From: a virus
Lineage: Duplodnaviria; Caudoviricetes
DNA: 58,377 nucleotides
IMG/VR virus record: IMGVR_UViG_3300022723_000109
Location: 1 to 58,377 of that record
Reading direction: 5' to 3' (one strand)
Part shown: in pieces, positions 17,635 to 26,681 of the stretch
Layout: every line of letters starts with the position of its first letter
Position numbering within the stretch: position 1 is the first letter of the stretch
Made by a program: the position numbers and the translations under genes
The notes under the pieces: model-generated
Database searches by the model: none
What the model was told of the DNA's origin: nothing
Seen by the model: the letters and a program-made list of their open reading frames with translations, nothing else

Positions 17635-18217
17635 GGGGAGCGCGATGCAGGTCCGCGACGCCGAGAGCTTCGCGGCCGCCGACGCGCTCAACGGGGAGAT
17701 CCGAGAGCTCTCCCGCGCGATCGAGGATCAGCGCAAGGAGCTCTCACGTCCTGCTCTCGACCTGCAGCGCACGCTCAAGGCCGTCGCCGACGAGGCGCGC
17801 GCCGAGCTGCAGCGCGCGACGCAGCTCCTCTCGAAGCGCCTGCACAACTACACCGCCGAGCAGGAGAGGAAGCAGCGCGAGGCGGCAGCCGAAGCGGAGC
17901 GGGCTCGAGCCCGGCGTGAGGCCGAGGAGATGCGGAAGCCAGGCGCGAGCGTCGAGCTCCTGCCTCCCGAGGGATCCGTGCCCGCGACCGTCGAGGTCGA
18001 TCCAGTTCCGAAGGCGAAGAGCGTCCGCACCCGACGCAAGAAGACCCTCGTCATTCACGACGTCTCGAAGATCCCCGCGACCTTCGGAACCGTCCGGCTC
18101 ATGGTGCCCGACGAGCAGGCGATCAAGAAGCTCCTCGAAGCCGGCGTCGACGTGCCAGGCTGCAGCCTGGTCGAAGAGCGAGCCGTGACGAACCCGGGCG
18201 GCAAGGTGGGGGGTTGA
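17528..18217 (+). CDS. Coiled-coil protein with Siphovirus Gp157-like C-terminus
   Basis: IHDVSKIP...PDEQAIKKLLEAGVDVPG; AGGAG ribosome binding site. Confidence 0.6.
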   Translation: MTEVRSVPVPAELREATELVAISEEHAAKIRQLVRKGSAMQVRDAESFAAADALNGEIRELSRAIEDQRKELSRPALDLQRTLKAVADEARAELQRATQLLSKRLHNYTAEQERKQREAAAEAERARARREAEEMRKPGASVELLPPEGSVPATVEVDPVPKAKSVRTRRKKTLVIHDVSKIPATFGTVRLMVPDEQAIKKLLEAGVDVPGCSLVEERAVTNPGGKVGG

Positions 18218-18372
18218 TCCCACGGCCAGGGGTGCCAGGATGGGGAAGGCGATCGACTTCGTCGGTCAGCTTCTCCACGGGCCGGCCTCGCTCTTCGGAG
18301 CGGGTCGGCCCTTTCTCTCGGTTGAAGCGGCGCGCGCGCGGGCGCTAGAGTCTCGGGCATGGAGGAGCAGGC

Positions 18373-18765
18373 TTGCCGAAGCCGTGGCGGAAGTTGTGGG
18401 TCGAGAAGATGCTCGGCTCGCCCCGGATACGCGCGCTGAAGCCGTACGACCGGGGGATCTACTTCACGATGCTCTGCATGGCGAACGATGAGGGCGCCCT
18501 GCGGAGCGCGCAGCACGTCTACACGATCAAGGACATCGCGAACGAGTCCAACGCGAACCGCGCCCTCAAGCGCGTCACGAAGGCGGTCGAGCACTTCGTC
18601 GAGGTCGGGATCGTCGCGAAGGGCCCGGACGGCGAGCTCGTCGTCTCGAACCTGGCCGAGCTCCAGAAGCACGACGCCGTGCGGCGAGCTCGGCGACGCC
18701 CGGGCGGGGGACGCCGACCCCGCGGGGGTGGACCGCAGTCGATCGGCGACATACTCGGGCAATGA
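18373..18765 (+). CDS. Replication initiator / replisome organizer N-terminal-like protein
   Basis: PWRKLWVEKMLGSPRIRAL...RGIYFTMLCMANDEG; GGAGGAG ribosome binding site. Confidence 0.6.
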   Translation: MPKPWRKLWVEKMLGSPRIRALKPYDRGIYFTMLCMANDEGALRSAQHVYTIKDIANESNANRALKRVTKAVEHFVEVGIVAKGPDGELVVSNLAELQKHDAVRRARRRPGGGRRPRGGGPQSIGDILGQ

Positions 18766-19223
18766 AGGAAGAAGAGAAGCGGCACACGCCGGCCGGCAAG
18801 AAGTGGCTCGCGATGGAGGAGTCGGAGCGATGGGGCCGGATCACCGGCGTCATGGACAAGATCTGCGCGGCCGCGTACGGCGTCGTCCGAAGGCCCGCCT
18901 TCCTCGTGAACTCGACCGACTTCGAGCTCCTGCGCAAACGGATCCCGAGCCAGTTCGGAGACGAGGCCGGGAAGTACCAGGACGTCCCGGTCTTCCCCCA
19001 CTCAAAGGCCCCGCTCGCGAACGCGGTCCTCGACGAGTTCCGCGTGATCAGCGTGCTCCGGCGGATGCTCGATGCGTGGGACGAAGAGGGGGAGTTTCAG
19101 AGCGTCCTCGCGGTCGCGAAGGAGATCGCCGAGAAGGGGCAGATCCAGAGCTTCACGACCGACGACATGCGGGCGCGCGGCCTCGGCGTCGGCAGAGTGA
19201 ACGGGAAGCGCCTGGAGCTCTGA
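18762..19223 (+). CDS. Hypothetical protein
   Basis: ATGA overlap; last gene of the plus arm. Confidence 0.7.
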   Translation: MKEEEKRHTPAGKKWLAMEESERWGRITGVMDKICAAAYGVVRRPAFLVNSTDFELLRKRIPSQFGDEAGKYQDVPVFPHSKAPLANAVLDEFRVISVLRRMLDAWDEEGEFQSVLAVAKEIAEKGQIQSFTTDDMRARGLGVGRVNGKRLEL

Positions 19224-19233
19224 GGCTCGAGCC

Positions 19234-19752
19234 CTACGTCGCGAGCAGGTCGGCGGTCCGCATGCTGGAGAGGAGCGCGTTGACCTTCGCGGCGAGGGTC
19301 GCGATCGCGTCGGCCGCGGTGCTCACGTCGCTCACGGCCGCGATCGTGTCGCCGCCGCTGGAGCCGCCCGAGTTGTCGGTGAGGCTGGCGACGGCCGCGG
19401 CTTGCGTGCCGAAGACGACGTGCGCGCTCGGGCTCGTGAAGACGATGAAGAGGTTCTCGTCCGTGACCCATGCGTGCCAGCCCTCTTCCGGAGTGAAGAA
19501 GATCCACGCGCCGTTCAGATAGACGGCGATGTCGCCCGAGTTGCTCGACCACGCGCCGGACGGCGAGCTCCCGACGTGGTAGGCGTCGCCCTCGCCCGGG
19601 GACCCCGGGGGAGCGTTGCGGTTACGGTCGAGCAAGGTGAGCTGCGCGAAGGCGTCGAGCGTCAAGAGGAACTCGTTCGCGCGCGTCTCGGCTCCTGCCT
19701 GGCCTTGGACGAGCAGGGTACGGCCGAAGTGGGGAGAGACGGGATCGGGCAT
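19234..19752 (-). CDS. DUF2793-like tail-associated protein
   Basis: QAGAETRANEFL...PPGSPGEGDAYHV...GAW...W.F.TP.EGW pattern. Confidence 0.8.
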   Translation of the reverse strand: MPDPVSPHFGRTLLVQGQAGAETRANEFLLTLDAFAQLTLLDRNRNAPPGSPGEGDAYHVGSSPSGAWSSNSGDIAVYLNGAWIFFTPEEGWHAWVTDENLFIVFTSPSAHVVFGTQAAAVASLTDNSGGSSGGDTIAAVSDVSTAADAIATLAAKVNALLSSMRTADLLAT

Positions 19753-19754
19753 CG

Positions 19755-22373
19755 CTAGACCTCTTCGGCTTGACCGGTTCCCCGGCCGACCTGCTCGCTG
19801 AGCTGATAGACGACGACGTCGACGGGGTCGCCGGGAGTGAGGCCGTCGGTCGTCTGCTCCGCGGCCGTGTAGCTCGCGGTCGGCGACGTGAGGCCGGTGA
19901 TCGTGCGGAGGACGTTGCCGCCCGGAGCGTCGAGGATGTCGACCTCGTACTCCTCGGAGTCCTCCGCGAGGGGGATAGGGGGTCCCGTGAGCAGCTTGAC
20001 GATCGCACGAGTGCGTCGCGTCCAGGTGACGGTCAGGTTGTCCGAGCCGTCACGGGAACCTTGAACGTCCACGACCGAGAAGGGCTTCAGGTTCGCGCCG
20101 TCGACGGCCAGGTCGACGACCTGCTCCTCGAAGTCCGCGACGACGCCGGCGCGCGGGACCGCCTTGTACGACCTGGTCGAGTTGAGCGCGGTGAGCGGGC
20201 GCGTCTGGAACGTGACGCCGGAGGAGTTGAGCAGCACGACACGATCGAACTCCGTGTGCTGATCGACCTGCGCCTCCGTTCCTCGCTGGCCTCGGAGGAG
20301 CGTGTCGATCGTCCAGGTGCCGTCGGTCTCCTGCGTCGCGTTGGCGAAGCCGATGATCTCGCCGCCGACGACCATGCGGTTGAGCCCGTTCTTCAGCACG
20401 TCCTCTTCCGATCGGGAGAAGAGCGCGCCCTCGATGAGCCGGATGTTGAGCGTGTTCGCTCGGTCCCACACGTTCGGATAGACCGGCGCGCCGAGCTCCT
20501 CCGTCACCCGTCCGAGCGTCGCCTCGCTGATCGGGTTGCCGAGCGCGTTGAAGGTGGCGCCGGCGTCGGTCGACTCGTATAGCGTCGCTCCGCCGTACAG
20601 GGCGGTCGAGTCCTCCGCAGCGAGCGCGTAGTAGAAGCCGTACGTCGAGAGCTGGTCGTCCTGCAGCGGGGGAAGCAGGAGCACGAAGAGCTCCAGCTCG
20701 GGCGGGATGTAGATGACCTGGTCGGGCAGGTCCGCCTCGTCGGCGACGCAGTCGAGGTCGGGGTCGAAGTCGAGCGCCTCCGACTCCTCGATCACGCCTT
20801 CGAGCTTGATCAAGCCGTAGTCGGCTCCGCGGTCGACCTGGTCGACGATCATCGTGTAGGTCTCGCCGTCGACCTCGAACTCGACGAGGTCGCTCTCCTG
20901 GACGCGGATGTACGAGATCGGGAGCTGGATCTGCACCCGAGTCCGGTTCGCCCATGCGGTCCAAAGGAGCTTCTTCGCGATGCACCGACCGTCGCGAGCT
21001 CGCATCGCGAACGGCAGTTGTACGGTCGTGTAGCGGTCAGTCGGCGCGTCGATGCGGACCTCGACCTGCGAGCCGGTCTGATACTCGGCGTCCTTGTCGA
21101 CGTAGTTGACCGCGAGCCGCTTCGGAAGCTCGGTCGATGGCCGGTCGGTGAAGCGCGCGTTCCGCGGCGCGTCACCCCCCGAGGGGTGCGCCGCCAGGTC
21201 GTCAGCGTCGACGACGATCGTCTCCAGGTTCGTCCGGGAGAGGAACTTGATCTTCGAGTCGGTCTCCTGCGGCCGGATGTCGAAGGCCAGCATGAACGGG
21301 TTGAGCACGGCCGAGCTCGAACGACGCCCGACGAACCCGACGCCGTCGAGCGCGCCCGAGATGGCCGACGTATCGAACTCGGAAGAAGGCCGGCCCGTGC
21401 GCTCGGTGAGAATGTCGATCGCCTGCGCGATGGTCCGCGTGGCGTCCTCTTCGACGAGAAAGCTGAGCTGACGGGGCCGGCCCCCTGATCCCGTGACGTT
21501 CATGCTCTGGATCACGCAGTACGCGCGGCCGAAGTAGGCCGGCACGTTGCCCGCTCCGAGGTCCGCCTCCATCGTCGGGTCCGGGAGCTGCGTCTGCGAG
21601 CCAGGGTAGAAGGTGATCCCGTCGGCGAAGCTCGGGGAGAGCTCGGGGTTGTCCTGGACGACGGTGATCGAGTTCCCCGCGCTCTCGTCGGCGGCCGTGC
21701 TAGTGCGCGAGAGCTTGAAGCGTGCGGTACTCGTGCCGGTGAGGGAGTCGAAGGACGACGAGACGCACTTGAAGGTCCCGTTGAGGGCGCCGTCGCTCCA
21801 TCCGCTGAGGGTCGCGACGTTGCCCGACTTCAGGACCGACAGGTCGGGCCCTCCGTTCGGCGAGTTGATGTCGACGTACTTCTTCGTGACCTGCGCGGGG
21901 AAGGTCGGATTCTCGAACTCCTCGGTCACGTCGGCCGAGAGCTGCGTGCTCGTGAGGTTGACGTCGACGTCGGCGTTGTAGACCTCCTCGCCCTCGGCCC
22001 ATATCTTCACGACGCGCGACGTCTCGCGACGGTTGTAGACGTACGCGATGTCGAGGAAGTACGTGTACGTCGTGACCTCTTGTCCGCCGCCTCCCTTTCC
22101 GACCTCTTCCTCTTCGGCGACCTCCCGGAGATCGCTGATGTAGATGATCCGGCCGGGCGCCTTGCCGATGCCGATGATCAGCGGCACGCCCGAACCTTCC
22201 GCCGACGAGTTGAGCTGCAAGTCGTCGACCTTCGGGCCTTCCTGCGGGTCCTGCGGGAAGAGCGCCGGGAAGATGATGTTCTGGTCGATGAAGTTGCCGA
22301 TGAAGGCGCCGACGATGCCCCCGACTCCGGGGACGATCGCGTTGCCGACGGCCTGGAGGGCGATCGTTGCCAC
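19755..22373 (-). CDS. GTA-type tail tip / host-specificity (baseplate hub) protein
   Basis: GPKVDDL, SAEG..VP, VPAY.G.AY, LLRGQRGTE, WTRRTR, YEVDI, YQLS..VGRG motifs. Confidence 0.85.
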   Translation of the reverse strand: MATIALQAVGNAIVPGVGGIVGAFIGNFIDQNIIFPALFPQDPQEGPKVDDLQLNSSAEGSGVPLIIGIGKAPGRIIYISDLREVAEEEEVGKGGGGQEVTTYTYFLDIAYVYNRRETSRVVKIWAEGEEVYNADVDVNLTSTQLSADVTEEFENPTFPAQVTKKYVDINSPNGGPDLSVLKSGNVATLSGWSDGALNGTFKCVSSSFDSLTGTSTARFKLSRTSTAADESAGNSITVVQDNPELSPSFADGITFYPGSQTQLPDPTMEADLGAGNVPAYFGRAYCVIQSMNVTGSGGRPRQLSFLVEEDATRTIAQAIDILTERTGRPSSEFDTSAISGALDGVGFVGRRSSSAVLNPFMLAFDIRPQETDSKIKFLSRTNLETIVVDADDLAAHPSGGDAPRNARFTDRPSTELPKRLAVNYVDKDAEYQTGSQVEVRIDAPTDRYTTVQLPFAMRARDGRCIAKKLLWTAWANRTRVQIQLPISYIRVQESDLVEFEVDGETYTMIVDQVDRGADYGLIKLEGVIEESEALDFDPDLDCVADEADLPDQVIYIPPELELFVLLLPPLQDDQLSTYGFYYALAAEDSTALYGGATLYESTDAGATFNALGNPISEATLGRVTEELGAPVYPNVWDRANTLNIRLIEGALFSRSEEDVLKNGLNRMVVGGEIIGFANATQETDGTWTIDTLLRGQRGTEAQVDQHTEFDRVVLLNSSGVTFQTRPLTALNSTRSYKAVPRAGVVADFEEQVVDLAVDGANLKPFSVVDVQGSRDGSDNLTVTWTRRTRAIVKLLTGPPIPLAEDSEEYEVDILDAPGGNVLRTITGLTSPTASYTAAEQTTDGLTPGDPVDVVVYQLSEQVGRGTGQAEEV

Positions 22374-22843
22374 TACGCGACGAGCTCCTCGAAGCGGTAC
22401 CGGTAGAACGAGTGCGTCCGCTCGACCCATTGGCCGGCGTAGCCGACGTGCGTGCACCGCTGCTTCTGGAGGTCGGCGTGCACGATGCGCCGGTCGGGCA
22501 CGAGGAGCGCGAGATGCTGCGGCCCGATGCTCCAGCGCCAGACCATGCACACGACGTCGCCCGGCCTCGCTTCTTCGGCCGAGATCTCCGTGAGGTTGTC
22601 GCGCACGAGCTCCATGAAGGTCCGGGGGTGAGGCTGGCGAGAGTAGTTCGGCGGGACGGTGAACTCCAGGCCGCGTCGCATCGCTGGCACGACGATCACT
22701 CCGACGCAGTCGATGCCGTAGGGTGGGGTCCGCCCCTGATGCCTCCAGGGAGTGCGCGCGCGCGCGAACGCGATCGCGTCGTCGCAGATCTCCGCGCGCA
22801 GCCGGTCCTCGACCGCGGGCTCGAGCCCGGTCGCGGAGCTCAC
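22373..22843 (-). CDS. NlpC/P60 tail-associated peptidase
   Basis: TPWRHQGR...GIDCVG...PGD...HLA...HA. Confidence 0.9.
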   Translation of the reverse strand: MSSATGLEPAVEDRLRAEICDDAIAFARARTPWRHQGRTPPYGIDCVGVIVVPAMRRGLEFTVPPNYSRQPHPRTFMELVRDNLTEISAEEARPGDVVCMVWRWSIGPQHLALLVPDRRIVHADLQKQRCTHVGYAGQWVERTHSFYRYRFEELVA

Positions 22844-23724
22844 CCCTTGTTCCTCGCGACCTGGAGCGTGCGGTTCGTCGTCGGCACGTGCGGGTACCCT
22901 CCGAAGGCGTCGCCGCGCGCGTAGCGGCTCACGCAGGTCCCGAAGGTCTTGTCGCATCCGGGCTCGATGTCGCACGTGTCGCCGATCTCGATGTCGAACG
23001 GCGTCGGGAGCTGCAGGTAGAACTCGCGGAGAGACTCGTCGTATCGCTTGATCTCCGACACGATCCCCGCGTTCGCTCCCGAGATCCACCGGATCTTGCC
23101 GCCCCGGAAGTGCTCGTCGCCGTCGGGGAACGTGGTGATGATCCCCGAGACCCCGAAGTGCGAACGCACGTTGCCGGGCGAGCTCGGCAGGTCGTTCACG
23201 GCCTTCCCGAATTGCGTCGTCGCGTTGATGTTCGCGCCGCAGTTTCCGTCGCCCACGTCGTACGGGCAGTTCCGCGTGAGCTGGTCCCCGACCTCCGGCC
23301 GGAGCCATCGGGCGATCCCCTCGACCTGGAGCGTGTAGAGCTCGCCGTCGAACTCCTGCGAGTGGACCCACAAGCGCCGCGTCTCGAAGACGCCCGCCCA
23401 CGGATAGAGCCAGTCGACGAGCTCTAGGTCGAGCTGCGCGTCGATCCAGCGCTTCGCGCGGAGGTCGGCGACGGTGATCGCGTCGGACGCGATCGCGCCG
23501 GTGAACTCGGCGTTCTGAGGGCGGAGCCCCGTCGCCTTCCTCGTGGCCGTCAGATCCCACGCGCCCGCCGGCGTGTACGTGAAGAGCCCTCTCGTGAGCG
23601 GCGCGTCGTGGTCGGTGAACGTGAAGACCTGGCCGTCGACGCGCGTCGCCCGGATGAGGGATGCCATCCGGTGCGTCTGATTCTCCAGGAAGGAGAGCAT
23701 CGGCGCTTCGAGCGTGCTCGTCAT
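22840..23724 (-). CDS. DUF2163 / BR0599-type (TIGR02218) baseplate protein
   Basis: FTDHD, CPYDVGDGNCG, PGCDK...C, FGGYPHVP. Confidence 0.88.
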   Translation of the reverse strand: MTSTLEAPMLSFLENQTHRMASLIRATRVDGQVFTFTDHDAPLTRGLFTYTPAGAWDLTATRKATGLRPQNAEFTGAIASDAITVADLRAKRWIDAQLDLELVDWLYPWAGVFETRRLWVHSQEFDGELYTLQVEGIARWLRPEVGDQLTRNCPYDVGDGNCGANINATTQFGKAVNDLPSSPGNVRSHFGVSGIITTFPDGDEHFRGGKIRWISGANAGIVSEIKRYDESLREFYLQLPTPFDIEIGDTCDIEPGCDKTFGTCVSRYARGDAFGGYPHVPTTNRTLQVARNKG

Positions 23725-24446
23725 CGCGCTTGCCTGCGCTCCTCGCTCAAGAGCTCGACCAGGTTGCCGGCGCCCGGCACCACCTTCCCACCGTCGCAGA
23801 TCGAGCGGATCTCCTCCATCGTCGGAACCTTGAAGGTCGGCTCGGAGGGCAGCTCGGGCATCTCACGCGAGACGATGTAGTTCCGGAGCTGCGCGGTGTT
23901 CTGGAGCTCGGCGAGCAGCGGAAGACGCTCGCGCTTCGGGAGCGTGGAAACGAGCGCCCAGCACTTGCGGCTCACGGCCCCCGACTGCACGACGTCGAGC
24001 CCCGCCATGTTGCGGAACGTCTCCCTCCAGAACTCGTCGTCAAGGACGCGGCGGCGCTCGTCGGTGAGCTCGCCGACCTGCTCCTTCCAGGCGCGCGCGT
24101 GGGCGAGGAAGCGAGCAAACTCCCGCGAGATCTCTCGAACGGCGAAGACCTTCGAGTCCTTGCGGACGCGGAGATCTTGGACCTTCAGAACATGACGCCG
24201 GCGGTCGAAGTCGCTCTCGAACTCCGCGCGCGCCTCAGCTTCTTCGAGGTCGATCTGCAGCTCTTGCAGCTCGCGCCACGCACTCCAGAGCGACGAGTAC
24301 CTCGACCACAACTCCCGGAGCGACTGCCGGTAGCGGCCGTACGGCGTGAGGCCCGAGCGCGCGACGATGAACGAGTCGATCTGCCGCTCGGAGTGGTACT
24401 TGCGATGGTCTCCGAAGAGGGAGCCGAGTTCCTCGCGGGTGATCAT
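23721..24446 (-). CDS. Coiled-coil protein downstream of the kelch protein, possible assembly chaperone
   Basis: Coupled within the tail operon; TPYGRYRQSLREL. Confidence 0.6.
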   Translation of the reverse strand: MITREELGSLFGDHRKYHSERQIDSFIVARSGLTPYGRYRQSLRELWSRYSSLWSAWRELQELQIDLEEAEARAEFESDFDRRRHVLKVQDLRVRKDSKVFAVREISREFARFLAHARAWKEQVGELTDERRRVLDDEFWRETFRNMAGLDVVQSGAVSRKCWALVSTLPKRERLPLLAELQNTAQLRNYIVSREMPELPSEPTFKVPTMEEIRSICDGGKVVPGAGNLVELLSEERRQAR

Positions 24447-25702
24447 GGGGCGATGCTCGTGACGGATTGGTAGACGTCGCGCCGACGCTCGGGAGCGTCC
24501 TGCTTGCTAACGAAGGTGTCGATCGAAGGCAGGTACTCCTCGACGTCGTCCTTGGACGACGAGCTCACCCCGTCATCCCGGAAGCCGCAGAAGGTGAAGA
24601 GCTCGTCGCCTTCACGATCGTCGAGTCGGTGTGCGCCCATGCCGAAGACGTTCGAGTCCGGGAAAGCGTTCTTCGTCGTCCACGAATCGCCGGCGACGTC
24701 GTACTCGACGACCTGGTCGACGTCGGCGCTTCCGCTGACCTCGCCGCCGATCTTGTAGAGCTCACCCGACGAGGTTCCCATGAAGGAGAACTCCGAAACT
24801 TCCGGCCCTGGAGCGTCGGTCTTCTCGACCCACGTGTACGACGGGCTTCCGTCGAGCTCGACGAGGCCCGAGTCGTCCTGCCCGATCGGAAGGTCGAGGC
24901 GGTTTCCGCTGGCAGCATAGCCGCGCTCATCGGACCCGTTGACGCTCGCCGCCCCTGAGCCCTCCGCGAAGGCTATCGGGCAATCGGTGCGCCCGGTCCA
25001 TGCGTCGCCGACGTCGTCGTACTCCTCAAGGACGTCGTCGTAGAAGGTGCCGGTCGTGTAGTAGGCGATATCGTCGACCTTGAACGTGCAGCCGTTGGAA
25101 CGGTCGCCGTTGAGATCGTTCTTCTGCGTCCAGGTGTCGGGGTCGTACTGCCAGCACTCATCGCGCGACCCGATCGTATTCAGGGCGCCGACGCGGTAGC
25201 CCGCGGTTCCCATCGCGACGAAGTTCGTCCGTCGCGAATCCATCCCTCCATCGGTTTTCGCGGTCCAGGCGTCGAGCGGGTGATTGTATTCGCGGACGTC
25301 GTCGAAGTCGTTGTCGGGCGGTCGCCCGCCGTGCATGTAGAAGAGTTCGTTCGGAGTCGGGTTCGCGACGACCCCCATCGCGTTTGCCTCGATGTACCAC
25401 TCGCCCGCGGCCGTGCTGCGGTCCCCGAGCGAGATGAGTCCGCCTTCCCCTGCGGCGAGCACGACGATCGTCGTCCCGTCGGCATCCTTGACCGTCAGCG
25501 ACTCGGTCGTCGAGTTGTTCCCGAGATAGCCGACGTCGGGACCCGACTGAGGCATCGTGCGCGCGTCTGGAAGGTTGAGGTCCAGCCCTCCGGTCGTCGT
25601 GTCGAAGAGCTGGAGCGCACCCTCGCGGAAGTTGATGTCGTGGTCCGCGCTGATCGAGTGTTCGATCGCCCCCCCGTACTGATTCTCCTGCGAGATCGAC
25701 AT
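24443..25702 (-). CDS. Kelch-repeat beta-propeller tail protein
   Basis: Repeated Y..GG...V.EYD...D.WT.K units. Confidence 0.8.
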   Translation of the reverse strand: MSISQENQYGGAIEHSISADHDINFREGALQLFDTTTGGLDLNLPDARTMPQSGPDVGYLGNNSTTESLTVKDADGTTIVVLAAGEGGLISLGDRSTAAGEWYIEANAMGVVANPTPNELFYMHGGRPPDNDFDDVREYNHPLDAWTAKTDGGMDSRRTNFVAMGTAGYRVGALNTIGSRDECWQYDPDTWTQKNDLNGDRSNGCTFKVDDIAYYTTGTFYDDVLEEYDDVGDAWTGRTDCPIAFAEGSGAASVNGSDERGYAASGNRLDLPIGQDDSGLVELDGSPSYTWVEKTDAPGPEVSEFSFMGTSSGELYKIGGEVSGSADVDQVVEYDVAGDSWTTKNAFPDSNVFGMGAHRLDDREGDELFTFCGFRDDGVSSSSKDDVEEYLPSIDTFVSKQDAPERRRDVYQSVTSIAP

Positions 25703-25706
25703 CGCG

Positions 25707-26672
25707 TCACGCAGCGAGCGCGATCCAGGTCTTCGCGTTCGAGGAGTTGATCGAGAGATGGAAGTGCGCAACGGACCCGGTCGTCAGAGCGAGGACGAGC
25801 GTGTCGTCCTGCGTCCGGATGTCGATGTCGTTGCTGCCGTCGTTCGTGAGGACGAGGATGTTGATCCCGGGGGGGATGTCGTCCGCGATCGGCAGGTACG
25901 CCGTGAGGCTGCCGACGGTCGGCTTGAGGATCTGAAGGGCGCCCTTCCCGAGGGCGAGCATGATGTCGGCCGAGAGGTCCCCGAAGTCGACGTGCCCTCC
26001 GAGGTACCGCTCGTCGTCGATCGGGAGCTCGTCCCGAACCTCGACGATGGGGATGTCCTGGATCGAGTGCGCCTCGAAGCCGTCGATCGAGATCGGGAGC
26101 TGCTTGTCGAGCTCGATGCCGAACCGAGCCGGCACGTGGAACTCGCATCCGGCGGTGACGCTGACTCCGACGCCCGGGGCCGTGGTGAAGGTCACGATGC
26201 CGGTCGTGTCGTCTACGGTGAAGTCTACGCCCTCCGTCTGCGCGACACCGTCGAGAGCGACGACGACCGTGCCGGCGACGGGCTTCGTGATGTTGCGGAT
26301 CCGCGTGTACGTCCCGTCCTCGTACTTCTTGCGGAGCTGGAAGAAGACGTTCGAGCCGTCCCCGACGCCGATCTCGTGGTCCTCGTCGTCCGGCGCGGAG
26401 TAGTGATCGCTCGCGGTCGTGTAGTCGCTGAAGTCCTTGTACCGGAAGGAGAGCTCGGGGCCGCGGACGATGATGTAGAACGTGAGCAGCGCGGAGAGGT
26501 CGCTCGGAGACTTCAGACCATAGACCGCGTTGTACCTGCGGCGCGCGCCGTTCCATCGGCCGGTACGCTCCTCTTGCCCGGCCGCGTTCTCGATCACGGC
26601 GGTCGAGAATCCAGGGCCCCCGCGCGAGCCGTACGAGATGTTCGTCGGGAAGAGCTTCTCGGTTGATCCCAT
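25707..26672 (-). CDS. DUF2460 (TIGR02217) distal tail protein with C-terminal extension
   Basis: FP.NISYGSRGGPGFST, SFRYKD.SD, FQL.K.Y, ITKPVAGTV, F.VPARF. Confidence 0.9.
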   Translation of the reverse strand: MGSTEKLFPTNISYGSRGGPGFSTAVIENAAGQEERTGRWNGARRRYNAVYGLKSPSDLSALLTFYIIVRGPELSFRYKDFSDYTTASDHYSAPDDEDHEIGVGDGSNVFFQLRKKYEDGTYTRIRNITKPVAGTVVVALDGVAQTEGVDFTVDDTTGIVTFTTAPGVGVSVTAGCEFHVPARFGIELDKQLPISIDGFEAHSIQDIPIVEVRDELPIDDERYLGGHVDFGDLSADIMLALGKGALQILKPTVGSLTAYLPIADDIPPGINILVLTNDGSNDIDIRTQDDTLVLALTTGSVAHFHLSINSSNAKTWIALAA

Positions 26673-26681
26673 GCGGTGCCC

